DNA of 64,000 nucleotides from Eledone cirrhosa (GCA_964016885.1 OZ024742.1:323082001-323146000), one strand, 5' to 3'. Shown: positions 38,070-51,683, counted from the first letter of the stretch. The notes: generated from the sequence alone by a model not told the origin. A program made the numbers and translations.

Positions 38070-38253
38070 AATTGTTTCTACTTTTGGCACAAGGCCAGCA
38101 ATAATCCCAGTGTATTACTGGTACTTTATTTTATCGACCCCGTAAGGATGAAAGGCAAAGTTAACCTCAGCTGGATTTGAACTCAGACCATAAAGGCCCA
38201 TAACTCTTTGCTGCAAAGCATGGGGCTCGACTCTCTGCCGATAATGCCAATCC
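38070..38253 (-). mobile_element. tRNA-SINE
   Basis: Family consensus. Confidence 0.85.
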
Positions 38254-38593
38254 AGCAAATATGTCTTATTTAAATCTATTTGAAGCCAGAATTTACAGGT
38301 TGTTATAGTCAATGAGAGCCCACATTCCAGAACCTATTGGAAGCGAGCCTTAGTATCGTAAAGTACAAGGTCAAATACAATATAGGTTTTTACATTTACA
38401 TCTAATCGACTGTCAGCATAAATGACTTGTATAAAGTTTTTCCCTGTAACTACTGAAGTTAGATCTGGTAAGTGTGCTAATGAAAGGTGCATTCCAGAAA
38501 TAATTGCAAATAATTGCAAAGAGTAATTAATTGAGAGCATAATCTGTTTGTTGTAGCTTTTAAGACCTGACGTGAAATTGAAATTACCACATT

Positions 38594-38699
<106 letters not shown>

Positions 38700-39424
38700 G
38701 CGCGTGCACGTGCACACAAATGGATATAGTAAGGGAGATAACTGCAATCTTATTAGAATTAACTCATTTTGCATGACACGAAATATATAAATACACAATG
38801 CATTTATTATTATAGTGACTGTCCAAGCCATTAAAGATTTCACTATTGATGTACATTGCTTTATTCGCTTACTAGTTTCAGTCGTTAGACTGCAGCTCTG
38901 TTCAACCCTTCATAACATACATGAAATAAGAATGAATGAATATATATATATATATATTGCTGGTGACGCGATAAAACTCAGCCAGTACACTCTGTAAAGT
39001 GTTTGGTGATAGGAAGGGTATCCAGCTGTAAAAACACTTGTCAAACAAAGGGTCGAGAAGACTCTTCATTTGTGTCAAGGGCATGACAACCGCTCTAATG
39101 ATGGTGAGGTGATAAAACCCACCCTGTGCTCACTATGAAGTGGTTGGTGATAGGAAGGGCACTCAGCCGTAGAAAACTAATTATCTAAAGGATCGAGAGG
39201 ACTCTTCAGGTGTACTGAAGACATGACAACCTCTTTAGTACTGGTGCTATGTTAAAATGCACCTAGTATACCCTGTTAAGTGCAGGAACATGTGTAAACA
39301 AGATGTAACCATGGCCCGTCTGGGACATCAGTAATTCCGATTAAGTATTGACTTGGTCTGTGACGATCTGTCCAACCCTTGCGATAAGGGAAAACGGATG
39401 TTAAATGCTACTGCTGCTATTGAT

Positions 39425-39606
39425 AATTGTTTCTACTTTTGGCACAAGGCCAGCAGTTATTCCAGTGTATTACTGGTATTTTATTTTATCGACCCCGTAA
39501 GGATGGAAGGCAAAGTTAAACTCGGCGGGATTTGAACTCAGATCATAAGGGGCCATAACTCTTTGCTGCAAAGCATGGCATCCGACCCTCTACCGATACT
39601 GCCAAT
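39425..39606 (-). mobile_element. tRNA-SINE with ATTGATAAT TSD
   Basis: Family consensus; flanking direct repeat. Confidence 0.85.
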
Positions 39607-39845
39607 TGATAATGATGTATGATATATGATATAGTATTTAAATTTTATATACTATACGATATAGTATTTAAAGACAAGCACCATTCCGTAATATTAACTT
39701 TTCAGTCAAAATAATTGTCTTTGTTGACACGAACGTTTTGGAACAGAAAACTTTAACTACTATATCATCATAAACATATATACCCTGTGTATATATATAT
39801 CAAGTAAGTATGTTTTGAAACAGTGAGCAGGTTTGAAATTAGAAA

Positions 39846-40158
39846 ATATATAGCTTTCACCGTATTTTTGACTAAAGGAATTTTAGCCTGATAATGGGAT
39901 TTAGAACCCTCAGATAAATGGAAAAAGATGAGTATTGACGTACATGGGAGTCGAACCCACATCTTTGGTTATCGCGACCACTGTACTACCATTACAGCAA
40001 CACATGATGTGTTGGTGTAATGGTAGCACAGAGGTCGCGATAAACAAAAATGTGGGTTCGACTCCCATGTACGTCAATACTCATCTTTTTCCATTTATCT
40101 GAGGGTTCTAAATCCCATTATCAGGCTAAAATTCCTTTAGTCAAAAATACGGTGAAAG

Positions 40159-40166
<8 letters not shown>
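39846..40166. repeat. 321-bp near-perfect palindrome of a tRNA-like head (head-to-head, 1-nt centre at 40006)
   Basis: 160-bp arms; each carries A-box-like TGGTGTAATGGTAG (TGCTG in the left arm) and B-box GGTTCGACTCC. Confidence 0.9.
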
Positions 40167-40196
<30 letters not shown>

Positions 40197-40411
40197 ATAT
40201 TTGGGGAGGGTCATATTTGCGTAATATTGCCAGAATTAATAACAGAACACACTCACTGTTTGGTTGGTTTTCGCTTCTCGCTGTCTTTTATATATATATA
40301 TATCTGCGATCTAACTTACTCGGTCCTCAATGTTGCCATTGACTGACCGGCGGTCAAAAATAATACAGATACAATATAGACAAACACATATATATATAGT
40401 TTACATCCAGC

Positions 40412-41218
40412 ATGTGCGACCCAACAGAAATGGAAGGACACATCCAACACTTCATCAACCGCATGCAGTTCTCTGGCTACAACCAAAGAGACAGAGTCAG
40501 AGTATACGAAGGAGCCATGGAAAAGTATAAGACCCTCATAGAACTGGACATGAAAGGAATTTGCCCACTATACAGGAGCAAATCATGGAATAGCTTAGAT
40601 AGGGCTAGACATAAGATGGGGAAGGCCACATCATGGTACGACAACCAGAGATATCAGAGTGTCATGTTTGTGGACGCCACCCCTGGAGGGAAATTAGCTA
40701 ACCAGTGTAGAAAGGCCCTGAGAAAGACCCACTTAAAAATAAAGGTGGTAGAAAAGCCAGGAACCACCATAAAATCCCTGATCAGCAAAACCTACCCTTT
40801 TAAGAAAACCCACTGTACCAATAGGAAATGTATCATATGTAAGGTGAACCCCCGGATAAACTGTAAAACTAGAAACGTAGTCTATAGCATAAGATGTACA
40901 GAGGGTACTTGCAGAAACACGACAACAACATACATAGGTGAGACAGCTCGTAGCATAGGTGAAAGGATAGACCAACACTGGGGGGAACTAAAAGGACGAA
41001 AAAACGGGTCAGTACTATACGAACATGCTAGACAACAACATGACGGTAACATAGACAACATAGAAATTAGAATAATATCTAAACATAGGAATGACCCAGC
41101 AGATAGGCAAATCAGAGAGGCCAGTGAAATAGAAATTAGAAGACCAAAGCTAAACAGAAAGAATGAGTGGAACAACAACAACACCCAAACAAACAACACT
41201 GACCTAAGAGAAGTATAA
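40412..41218 (+). CDS. PLE ORF C-terminal part (RT thumb, Zn linker, GIY-YIG endonuclease)
   Basis: Open 268 aa; strongly similar to 46006-46800 minus. Confidence 0.85.
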   Translation: MCDPTEMEGHIQHFINRMQFSGYNQRDRVRVYEGAMEKYKTLIELDMKGICPLYRSKSWNSLDRARHKMGKATSWYDNQRYQSVMFVDATPGGKLANQCRKALRKTHLKIKVVEKPGTTIKSLISKTYPFKKTHCTNRKCIICKVNPRINCKTRNVVYSIRCTEGTCRNTTTTYIGETARSIGERIDQHWGELKGRKNGSVLYEHARQQHDGNIDNIEIRIISKHRNDPADRQIREASEIEIRRPKLNRKNEWNNNNTQTNNTDLREV

Positions 41219-41486
41219 ATAAATAAGTAAATTAAATAAAATAAAATAAGATAAATAAATACATACACAAGCACATAAACACACACTAGTCACCCAGCAG
41301 ACACAACACTATACACACTAGTCACACATCACACATAACACTATACACACACGCAAACGCATGCGCAAAGAAGACAAAATAAAATAAGATAAACAAACAA
41401 GCAAATAAATAAATAAATATATAGACAGGCTGAACAAAAAAATGGCGTAGACATACAACACAACAGGAGGAACAATGAATATAACA

Positions 41487-41525
41487 CCACTGACGATGTT
41501 GCAGATGTGCAACGAAAGATTTATG
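41487..41525 (+). ncRNA. Minimal hammerhead ribozyme motif in PLE pseudo-LTR
   Basis: CA-CTGACGA-T-GTTGCA GATG TGCAAC-GAAAG AT TTA-TG. Confidence 0.6.
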
Positions 41526-41801
41526 TAAATTATGTAAACTATATATATATGTGTTTGTCTATATTGTATCTGTATTATTTTTGACCGCCGGTCAGTCAAT
41601 GGCAACATTGAGGACCGAGTAAGTTAGATCGCAGATATATATATATAAAAGACAGCGAGAAGCGAAAACCAACCAAACAGTGAGTGTGTTCTGTTATTAA
41701 TTCTGGCAATATTACGCAAATATGACCCTCCCCAAATATAACAATATCTGTTTCGACACACGATTTCATATAAAAAACCTCGCAAAACTAATTCATCGCC
41801 G

Positions 41802-41964
<163 letters not shown>

Positions 41965-42034
41965 TATATAGTGATAAAAACACATGAGGCAATTGTAGTT
42001 ATATTAGGTTCACGCTTGGTGGAAGAGGAGGACG

Positions 42035-42070
42035 TTTCGACGTTTCGGACAGAAGTCCTTCATCAGGAAA
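42035..42070 (-). ncRNA. Minimal hammerhead ribozyme, intact-looking core
   Basis: Minus: TTTC-CTGATGA-A-GGAC TTCT GTCC-GAAAC-GTC-GAAA; stem I TTTC/GAAA, GUC cleavage triplet. Confidence 0.75.
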
Positions 42071-42599
42071 GTTCGGATAGAGGGAGAACAGAAACTCCGA
42101 GGAGTTTATATATAGTTGCGTTACGTTGTAACGACATGAGAAATAAGCCAATCCGAGCGATCCAAAAGCACTTCACGCCAGTAATTTATCCCTGCTAAAA
42201 GTTGGTGATTAAGATTGCCGGAGTATTCATTTACCAAATAAGAGTAGTTAAGACGGTATTACTCGCCATAGTTGTTTTATTGCATGATATATATTTCTGT
42301 TACATGGTTATGCATGTGACTTCATCAAATGCTTATACAATCATAGGTGTAGTTATGCAATCATGGGGATATGTCGCTGGTCATGTATTACCATCCAGTC
42401 GTGATGCCAGCAGCCGAGCCAGCCTTGTTACACACTATGTCAGGTTGAAACCCCATGAGCACTACTACGTTAAAGGTGGCCGTTTCTATGAAATGTTCGG
42501 CAATTCTACAAGTTGACTGTTCTGTTGTTCGCTCAGATGTAATGTTCGTCGCCAGAACCGATAGAGGTCCAAAATTTGTGTGCATACCCTTTGCACACC

Positions 42600-42609
42600 T
42601 CTTTTTCTC

Positions 42610-42669
<60 letters not shown>

Positions 42670-44312
42670 ATTCATATCACACACCCCTATGTTCCTGTTT
42701 GCAACATCTTTCTCTCTAACTGTTATTTCTTCTTTTTATCATCAACTCTCACTCTCACTCTACTCCACTCTAGTTCCCTTCTACTTCAGTTTTTTTTTGT
42801 GATTCTTGCTTTTTGTCCCTCCCCTTCCTCTGTCAATTTTCTGCTTATATATCAACTTTTTTACGTTTTTACCCATTTTCTCCTTTCTCCTACCCTCCTT
42901 CCCTTTCACATTTCTTTCTTTCTTTTAATCCCCCCTTTCGCTCAACACTCTTACTATCTCTTCTCCTCCTTCACACTCTCTTTTCCACTCTCGTTATATT
43001 TACCACTTTACTTTTCCCCTTCTCCTCCTTCTCTATCTCTTTATTAACACTTCTCATCCCCCTCTATACCTCCTTATTCTTCCTACCCTTGTTATATTTC
43101 ACACTACTTTCTTTCTCCCCATTCTCTCACTTTATTAACACTTCCTCTCACACTCTTTCGTTCGTTCTATCTCCTACTCTCGTTGTATTTCACACTACCT
43201 TACCTTTTCTTTTTTTTTTCTCCCCTTCTCCCCTCTCTCCTTCCACTCATTCTTCTAACCTTCCGACATTTCACACTTTACGTTTCTCCTTTCCTCTTAC
43301 TTTGGCTCTTTCCCTCTCACCAGGGCCGGATTAAGACCTTTAGAGGCCTTAAACCCCGACAAGATTGCGCTCCTCCCCTTTATGGTTCAGCTGCAATATT
43401 ACACCATGGGTCATTGTAAATCTTGCTCTGGATTCTTCAATCCTTCTCTTCCTCCCTATTCTCTCTATCGCTATACCTCCGACTCTCTCTCTTCAACCTT
43501 TCACTCCTACTCTCTTTATATATCACATTACATTTAATCCGTGAAGGTGCGGGGCTTAGTGGTAAGGGTGTTTGGCTTATGAACATAAGGTTGCGAATTC
43601 GATTCCCAGCGGTGCCTTGTGTCCTTGAGCAAGACATTTTGTTTTACGTTTCTCCAGTTTACTTAGCTAGTAAAAATGAGCTGTACTTATTCAAAGGGAC
43701 ATCTGAATTTCCCCGAAAATTGTGTTAAAAGGTAAATGTTCCAATTGAATATTCAGCCACTTGTGCGTTCCGTTGTCAGACAACAGGAATACTCGTTGAG
43801 GGAACCGACGCAGGTCCAACACACACACACAATCCTTCTCTCCCCTCCTCATTCTCTTTATCTAATCTCCCACTCCCTCTCTTATTCTCCCTCCTACCCT
43901 TCTTATGTTTCCCTCTTTATTTCGCGCATTCCTTCCCCCTCACTCACTCATTCTCTCCCCTTCTTAAGTATTTCTCGTTTCTCTCGGTCCTCATTATCAA
44001 CACTCACACGCTCATTCTCCCTCCTACCCTCCTATACCATTATTTCACACTACACCGTCGCCATCTCCCCCTTTTCCCTCCCACTCACAATAAACATTCC
44101 CCCGCCACCCTCTATATATTTCACACGACTTTATTTTCTCCCTGTTTCTTTCCTTCCCACTCACACGCTCATTCTCTCTTTTGTCCTTCCCATTCTCCCT
44201 CTCTCTCGCTCTCCCCCTCTCTTTATCAATCCTTCCCTCCCTCTAGTTCTCTCTTTCTGCCTTATATCCTCTCTTTCTTCTATACACCGTACGTACGCAG
44301 CCCCTCCCCCCG
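42600..44312. repeat. About 1.7-kb degenerate polypyrimidine (CT-rich) tract, interrupted by insertions
   Basis: Strong C/T strand bias starting with (CT)n. Confidence 0.85.
43541..43815 (+). mobile_element. tRNA-headed CORE-like SINE
   Basis: GGCTTAGTGGTAAG A-box, GAATTCGATTCC B-box, GTGTCCTTGAGCAAGACA core. Confidence 0.7.
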
Positions 44313-44547
44313 TCTATGTGTTTACATGTGTGAGAAAAAGAAAGATCAACAGTTCTTGGAATTACCAAAATAGATTCAGTAAAGTTGTAATACCTGCTGT
44401 ACAACCAAGGTGTACCAACAAGCTACAAATACACTCTGTAGTAGTAATAGTAGTAGTAGTAGTTGGCTAACTTGCTTTGTAGTCTTCTTGACTCTACCAC
44501 AAACACTGTTGTCGCCAACACTCCATCCCCACCACCAGGATGAGTGC

Positions 44548-44680
44548 TTCTAGTGCTCCTGCTGCTGCTGCTGGTGGTGATGATCGTGGTGGTGGTGGTG
44601 GTGGTGGTGGTGGTGGTGCAGCGGCTACTGTTACTACTGCTGCTGTTGCTGCTTCTGCTGCTGCTTCTGTTGCTGCTGCT

Positions 44681-44730
<50 letters not shown>
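44548..44730. repeat. Compound trinucleotide microsatellite (GCT/GGT/ACT)
   Basis: Direct observation. Confidence 0.9.
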
Positions 44731-44731
<1 letters not shown>

Positions 44732-45287
44732 ATAGCTTTGAGTTAAAAGGCTGTAGACAGTAGTTTCACCAAAACTTAAGGCTCTATTTCAATTAAACAG
44801 TGTTGGTAGCTCTTTCATTTCCTTCATTGTAAATCTTGCTCTGGATTCTTCAATCCAGAACTTTTTATATATAAAGGCATGGCATGGCTGTGTGATTAAG
44901 AAGTTTGCCTCCCAATCAGTTGAGTTCATGTCAGTCCTACTGCATGACACCATGATCAAGTGTCTTCTATCATAACCTTCCATTGACCAATGCCTTACTA
45001 CTTGGTTGACAGAAACTGCAGAAGACTATCACACTGTAAAGTGGTCATGACAAAAAGCACCCAATATTCACTGTAAATGAGGTTGGTGTTAGGAAAGGCA
45101 TCCGGCTATAGAAACCAAGCCAAAATCAGTCTGTATGAGCAAGACAAGGTCACCTGACCTGGGATTGACAGGACAACAAGCTCGACTCTGGAATCAAATG
45201 CTCATCAGACTTCTGTTTGCATTAAGAACGTCACACCTAAATAAAGTTTATAATGATTTGACACCGCGTCTCTACTTATGACGTATA

Positions 45288-45422
45288 GAGTTACGGCCCT
45301 TGCCATTCTGAGTTCAAATCCCGCCGAGGTTAACTTTGCCTTTCATCCTTACGGGGTCGATAAAATAAAGTACCAGTAATGCACTGGGTAATTGCTGCCC
45401 TTGTGCCAAAAAGTAGAAACAA
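45288..45422 (+). mobile_element. tRNA-SINE (5'-truncated)
   Basis: Family consensus. Confidence 0.85.
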
Positions 45423-45760
45423 TGATTACTATTACACTCTGCTTAGTGCAACCCCGAAGTACATACTGGAAAGGATATAACTATGCATTGAGTGCTCAAT
45501 TTGGTGAACCAATAGTAACTTGATGATTACAATCTCTATACTATATATACATATATATATATATATATATTTCGTTTCTGAATTTGTTTAGCAAGATTCT
45601 TTATCTGAAAACGTGTGTTGAAACCGATATTGTTATACTTTGGGAGGGTCATGTTGCCAATAAGAAACACACGCACCAGTTGCTTTCACTTCAATTTATT
45701 ATTAGGAATTTATAAATTTCCGGTTGGTTGGTTCCACAACCAGATGGTTGTTTATATATT

Positions 45761-45803
45761 GTCAAAGTTCTTTCGTCACACATTCTGTGACCTCTTCAGT
45801 GAC
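45761..45803 (-). ncRNA. Minimal hammerhead ribozyme in PLE pseudo-LTR
   Basis: Minus: GTCA-CTGAAGA-G-GTCACA GAATG TGTGAC-GAAAG AA CTT-TGAC; stem I GTCA/TGAC. Confidence 0.75.
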
Positions 45804-46005
45804 TGGGGATTCTTTTCTTTGTTTTTTGTGCCTCTCCTTTGTTCTGTCCTACGCCATCTTGTTTTTGTGTGTGTGGTATGTGCTTAGTTTGCGCATGTGT
45901 TACATCCGGGTGTCTGTGTGTGTTTATGTTCGTTTATTTATTTGTTTATTTACATGTTACTGGTTGGTTGTTTGTTCTATGTGCGTGTGTGTTTTCATTT
46001 TGTCC

Positions 46006-49000
46006 TTAATTGTAAGTTGTGATGTTGCTGTTCCAGTCATGTTTTCTATTTAATTTTGGTTGTAATTCATTTATGTTTATTGCCTCTGTGATTTGTCTAA
46101 ACATTGCGTCTTTTCTGTGTGTAGATTCTATTTTTATTTCTATGTTCTCTAATTTACCCTTATGTTCTATTTTAGCATGTTGGTAGAGTACAGATGATTC
46201 TTTACTATCTTGAAGGTCTCGCCAGTGTTCATTTATCCGTTCCCCTATACTACGAGCTGTCTCACCTATGTACACTATATTTTTATCTCTACATTGTCCT
46301 TCAGTACATCTTATGCTATATACTACATTTCTAGTTTTACAGTTAATATGGGGGCTTAATTTACAGATTATACATTTCTTATCTATACAGGGAGGTCTTT
46401 GAAAAGGGTATGTCTTGCTAATAAGTGTTTTTATGGAGGTACCTGGTCTTTCTACTATCTTAATATTGAGTTTATGTTTATCTAGGGCCCTTCTAAATTT
46501 GTAAGCTAATTCACCTCTAGGGGTTGTATCGATGAACATTACACTCTGGTATGTATTGCTATCATACCATGAGTTTATTCTATTAGCCTTATTCCTAGTT
46601 CTTTCTATTCTATTCCAAAATTTGCTCCTATACAAGGAGCAGGTGCCATTTGTGTCATTATTTCCCATTCTTCCCATTTGGTTCTGGCTCCTCTATACAC
46701 TCTGATTTTAACTCTCTGATTGTAACCAGAGAACTGCATACGGTGGATGAAGTGTTGTATGTGTCTCTCTAGTTCTTCGGGGTTGCACATGCGGGACACG
46801 TTTCTCATCACCCGTACCAAATCCGCACTCAGTATGTTGATTTTGGTATGGTCCGAAACAGCTGAGTTTCGGTGGATCAGATATTTGGAAGTCATGGGTT
46901 TGGTATAATGGGAATGGAGGATTTGTTTTTTGTTATTAATGGTATCTAACCAGAGCTCTGTGTCTAGTACAGGTAATCGATGGTTGGGGTGTTTGCTTGG
47001 GTAGTCTATAGTAACTCTAATACTCTGGTGGATGGAGTTAGCTATTTGCTGGATGCTTTCCATTGTGTTTTTCTCTAATTCCTGACTGTTCTCTAGTGGG
47101 GGTGTTTTAACTACGATGTTTATATCATCAACGTAGCGGGAGTACATTATCAGGGTTAAGGGGTCTTCTAATTGTTCTTTAAGTTTAAGTTTAAGTCTAC
47201 TGTCCCGCCATACCATGAATAGGTTAGCTATGTCGCCTGCAATGCTAACACCAATGGCTGCTCCCTCCTCTTGGGCATATGTTTTTCCATTAAATTTGAA
47301 CATATGTTCCTTAAGGGTTTATTTTATGCTGGCCGTCACCGCATGCAATCATTTTCTTTAGTTCATCGTGGTTTTCGGGGGTCCGTATGGCTCTGGTCCA
47401 CCTGTTCCATCTATCTGTGTGAGTTTTCTTGGCCATTGAGGTAATGGTAGGTGGTCTGCTTCTTGCTGGTCTTATAGGGCACAGGTTGCTAAGGTCATAT
47501 GTGTCTAGATAATTATTACTATAGGTAAGTTTAAGTAGGATTCCCAGCTCACTGGTATCAATCCCACGGAATTCAACATTGCTCTCACTGATCATTTCTA
47601 CGCATTTCTCCACAGCAAAATCCACGTCAATAGATGGATACAGGGACACAACATCCATACTACCTATTATGCAGTTTGTTAGGTCCCTAGATCGGTTACC
47701 CTCGCCGATTCTGCTGAGGAGGTCCTCCGTGCTGTCACATAGATCTGGGGACATTTCAATGATGGGGCGTATGATCAGGGAGAGGAAGTAGGACAGTCTG
47801 TAGTTACTAGCAATGTTAGCTCCACAGACTGGCCGTGTTGGTGGTCCTGTGACAGGGTCACTGCTCGTTTTGTGGTCTTTTCGAAGCCCATACAACGCTG
47901 GCACGTCATTGTTCCAGGTCTGGAAGTTTTTGGCAGTCCTTTTGTTGGGCTGCATTATATTTGTCCACATCATCATATGGGCATTGAGGGCTTTTTCTCT
48001 ATCCTCATGCTCTTGTGGTGTTACTTCTCTTGTGTTAGTGATGTGGGGTTGCATTGCCTGGATGTAGTTTGGCAGACTGTCATCCGACATTCTGCCAGAC
48101 TTGTCTGTTGGAAAGCATGCTATCTCTCCATTACGCGAGCGCTGCATGAGCTTACGCAAGCCATTTGCAGATTTTTCTCCCAGTTGCTGGGCCTCTATTC
48201 TATTATGTTTCTTGCTATACTGTTCTATAATATTTCTAAGTTTAGATCTAGCTATACTAAATTGTGCTTCTGTTTGTTCATCGACATGCGACGGCAATTG
48301 CGTGCGTTTGTTAAAAGCTAAAGTCGTGGCGTGGACTCGTCGCAGATCGAACGACTTATCGGAGGGATTATAAAAAGTAGAGTTCCAGGCTGCTGCTTTA
48401 TGTGTACTAGTGCTATTGTTATTGTTAGTTGTGTTGTTTCTATTTCTATTTCCACCAACAGCCTCATGGTTGTTTCTATGTCTCTCATTATTACTCCTGT
48501 CTCTTTCCTCTGGCTCATTGTTATTATCTACTCTATTTTGTGTGTCTGTGTGTTCGTCTTGGTTATTTTCTCTGTCCATAGTCTCCCTTCTCCTTTCAAT
48601 CCTATTACCTTCCCTTATTTCTGAGCTACTGTCATTATCTGTTTTCTGTGTCTGTGTGTTTGTTAAGATTGTGGTGGTGAGAAGCATTGAATGTGTGTGT
48701 GTTGTTGTTATTGATGTGTGCTGTTGTTGATGTGTGTTGTTGTTGTTGTCTCCGTGTATGTTATTATTGTTGTTTGTGTCTGCGTGTCTGTTGTTGTTGT
48801 TTCTGAGTATGTTATTATTGTTGATGTGTGTGTTGTTGTTATTGTTGTTTGTGTCTGTGTGTCTGTTGTTGTTGGGATGTGTGTTGTATATGTGTGTGTG
48901 TGTGCGTATGTTGTTACTTTTGTTTTTGTTTTTGAGGCTCCAACGTAATTTTGTAAATGATTTTTATATTTCTGACAAGCATTTAATCATATTTACCTTA

Positions 49001-49440
49001 TTAAATGTGGCATACTTAGGTGGCAGTTGTAATACAGATAATTCCTCAGAGTCGACCGTAGTGTTGCCGTATATATTTGTGTTGTTGTTGTTGAATTCAT
49101 CTATTAATGAGATGTCGGCCATATTTATACCGTCAATTTTGTCGGGATATCTATTGATATTCTCTAAAGTATCTTGATTTAGTTTTATCTGTTTGAGCTA
49201 CTTTAGTTTCTTGTTAAAGTGCTTGTCACATTTTTGAACAATGTACTATTCTTCAGGACATATAAGGTTCATAAATATTAGTTTTTCTCTTGGTGTGGTG
49301 ATCTTAGTTATTTCTTGTATTAGGTTACGCTTATGTTTTTCTTGATGACTTAATTCTCTATAAATCTTCTTTTTTATGTTTAGAATTAGTGTTCGTTTTA
49401 GCCTATCTGCTTGCTTATATATATATAATTTTGCTTCCTG
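46006..49440 (-). pseudogene. PLE RT + GIY-YIG polyprotein (disrupted)
   Basis: ORFs 47311-48687, 46605-47303, 46006-46677 in register; N/T-rich linker 48620-48940. Confidence 0.88.
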
Positions 49441-49475
49441 TGTTTTGTTTCACCTATTAACTATATATATGTATA

Positions 49476-50270
49476 TCATCATCATTTGATTTCTTCTTTC
49501 CCTGCTAACAAGGGTTAGGCAGGTCTACATAGACTAAGTTAGTACTGAAGCAAGGCTACTGATCTCCCAGACAGGCCAAGGGGTCTGTATCCCACTTAAG
49601 TATGGTCATATTAAGTGCAGACAAGTTATCATGTCTTTTGACACAAACTGAAGGATCCTCCTAACCCCTTGTTTGGCAAGCTTTCTATGGCTGAATGCCC
49701 TTCCTAAGACCAACCACTTTACAGTGTGTACTGGGTGCTTTTATCGTATAAATCACCAGCGCTAGATAGGTTGACATGTCCATGACACAACTAAAGGGTC
49801 CCTCCAACCCTTTGTTTGGCAAGCTTTCTACAGCTGGATGCCCTTTCTATCACCAAAAATTGGGGCTGTTTTACTGGGTGGTCCAGTTGTGGGCTGGGTT
49901 ATCGAGTCGGGTTTTTTGTCATTCGTTGTAGCCTCAGAGGTCTCAGTCCTGTGTCATCTCCATTGGGAGGTTCAGGTGAGCCAGGTCGGCCTTTATCGTT
50001 ACATCCCACATCTTCCTAGGTTTTCCTCTTTCAGGGCATCCTTCATGCACATCACATGTCCATACCACTGCAGTCTTCTCCCCTGCACACAGCATTTGAT
50101 TACTTATGTCCAGTTTCATTCACAATTCATTGACATTTTATCATTCACACACACTACTGTTACACATCTATCAGAGCATACAGGCTTCTTTTCTTTCCTA
50201 TCGCCATAGATCCTCAGCATACAGTGCCCATGTATTGCTTCCATGTAACATTGCTGTGCACACACTCTGG
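49476..50270 (-). mobile_element. Degenerate RTE 3' fragment and associated tail repeats
   Basis: Decayed 'WYGHVM' coding at about 50040-50075; GGATGCCCTTCCTAAC-like motifs; (CAT)n end. Confidence 0.6.
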
Positions 50271-50842
50271 TTGGTGCCACTATAAAATGCCCTTCATAAC
50301 ATGATGAAAAACTGTCCACAGTTTTTAAGTCAGTCTCATAGAAACAAGACAATTGGATGTATATATATGTGTGTTTAGATAAGAAGGCAATATAGGTTGA
50401 CACTTACAAACACATCATATATAGATCGTTGTAGTGGTGGTTGTAGTTGTAATATTGACAGTGACAATATGCACACATGGTGCTGTGATGTAACCTTGTA
50501 TATTTATATATGTGTGTATGTGTGTATACATACATAAATATATACATACACACATACATACATACACACACCCATACATACATTCATACACACATACACA
50601 CATATGCACATACATACATGCATACATACATACACACATACATGCATACACACATACATACATACATACACACACACATACATACACACATATGCACATA
50701 CATACATGCATACATGCACACATACATACATACATACACACACACATACATACATACATAGAGTTGGCCATGTTGTACCTTGCAAGGACTATAAATTTGG
50801 CCAGGTATTTTACAGCTGGATGCCCTTCTTAACACCAACCAC

Positions 50843-50905
<63 letters not shown>

Positions 50906-50911
50906 GGAAAT

Positions 50912-50979
<68 letters not shown>

Positions 50980-50980
<1 letters not shown>

Positions 50981-51283
50981 TAGGAAATTACAAGTACAAT
51001 CCATTAATGGAACAGTAAAAATATGTAAAACATTCCAAAAATGTTGCATCTAATAACTGCATATACACATGTACAGATGCAAAGCATATACACATGCACA
51101 CATACAACTCAAAACATACACATCCACACATACAATAACATCCATATCTACATATGCATGCATACATACATTGTTGATGTGTAAATCCCAATGAGAGAGT
51201 CTTGTGTCTATGTTAGAAACCGACTCTCTCTTTATTGGGAAAACATTTGTGAAATTATAAAACCAGAAGAACATACATACATT
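50980..51283 (+). mobile_element. R4/Dong-like 3' fragment copy E ending AAGAA|CATACATAC
   Basis: Reverse complement of the 33544-33853 / 33986-34273 family. Confidence 0.85.
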
Positions 51284-51683
51284 CATATAATAATGAAAGA
51301 ATAAGAAAATACAAGGGTAAATAATTAATTAATCCATTATTTTACGATTACTTCGTGGAGCAAATTTATTGATGAACAGACTAATGGGTGGCAGTTATGT
51401 AACTTTATATCATCAGCCTTGAAAAAACATATTTATTTAGCTGTGTATCCTCATATATATACAAATATCATCATCATCATTATCACCGTTTAGCATCCAT
51501 TTTTCCATGCTTCTATGGGTTAGACAGGTTGTCCACACTAGAAGGCAAGTCTGGTCAGAGTTGGCCATGTTGTACCTTCCAAGGACTATAAATTTGGCCA
51601 GGTATTTTACAGCTGGATGCCCTTCCTAACACCAACCACTATATATATATGTGTGTGTGTGTGTGTTTGTATGTATATATATA

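Larger units (their letters stand above)
45571..49460 (-). mobile_element. Near full-length Penelope-like element (Neptune/Nematis-type architecture), frameshifted, flanked by (TA)n
   Basis: PTDKSGR, PTRPVC, SMDVVSLYPSI, QEEGAAIG, YSRYVDD, LPVLD, CxxxxCxxC, VVY..YIGET; 3' pLTR related to 41500-41800. Confidence 0.92.

Noticed and set aside
40007-40078. Possible tRNA gene
   Set aside because: A/B boxes present but acceptor and anticodon stems do not pair convincingly; treated as a tRNA-derived repeat
42455-44470. Long hydrophobic L/S/F-rich ORFs resembling membrane proteins
   Set aside because: Artefact of a stop-poor CT-rich low-complexity tract
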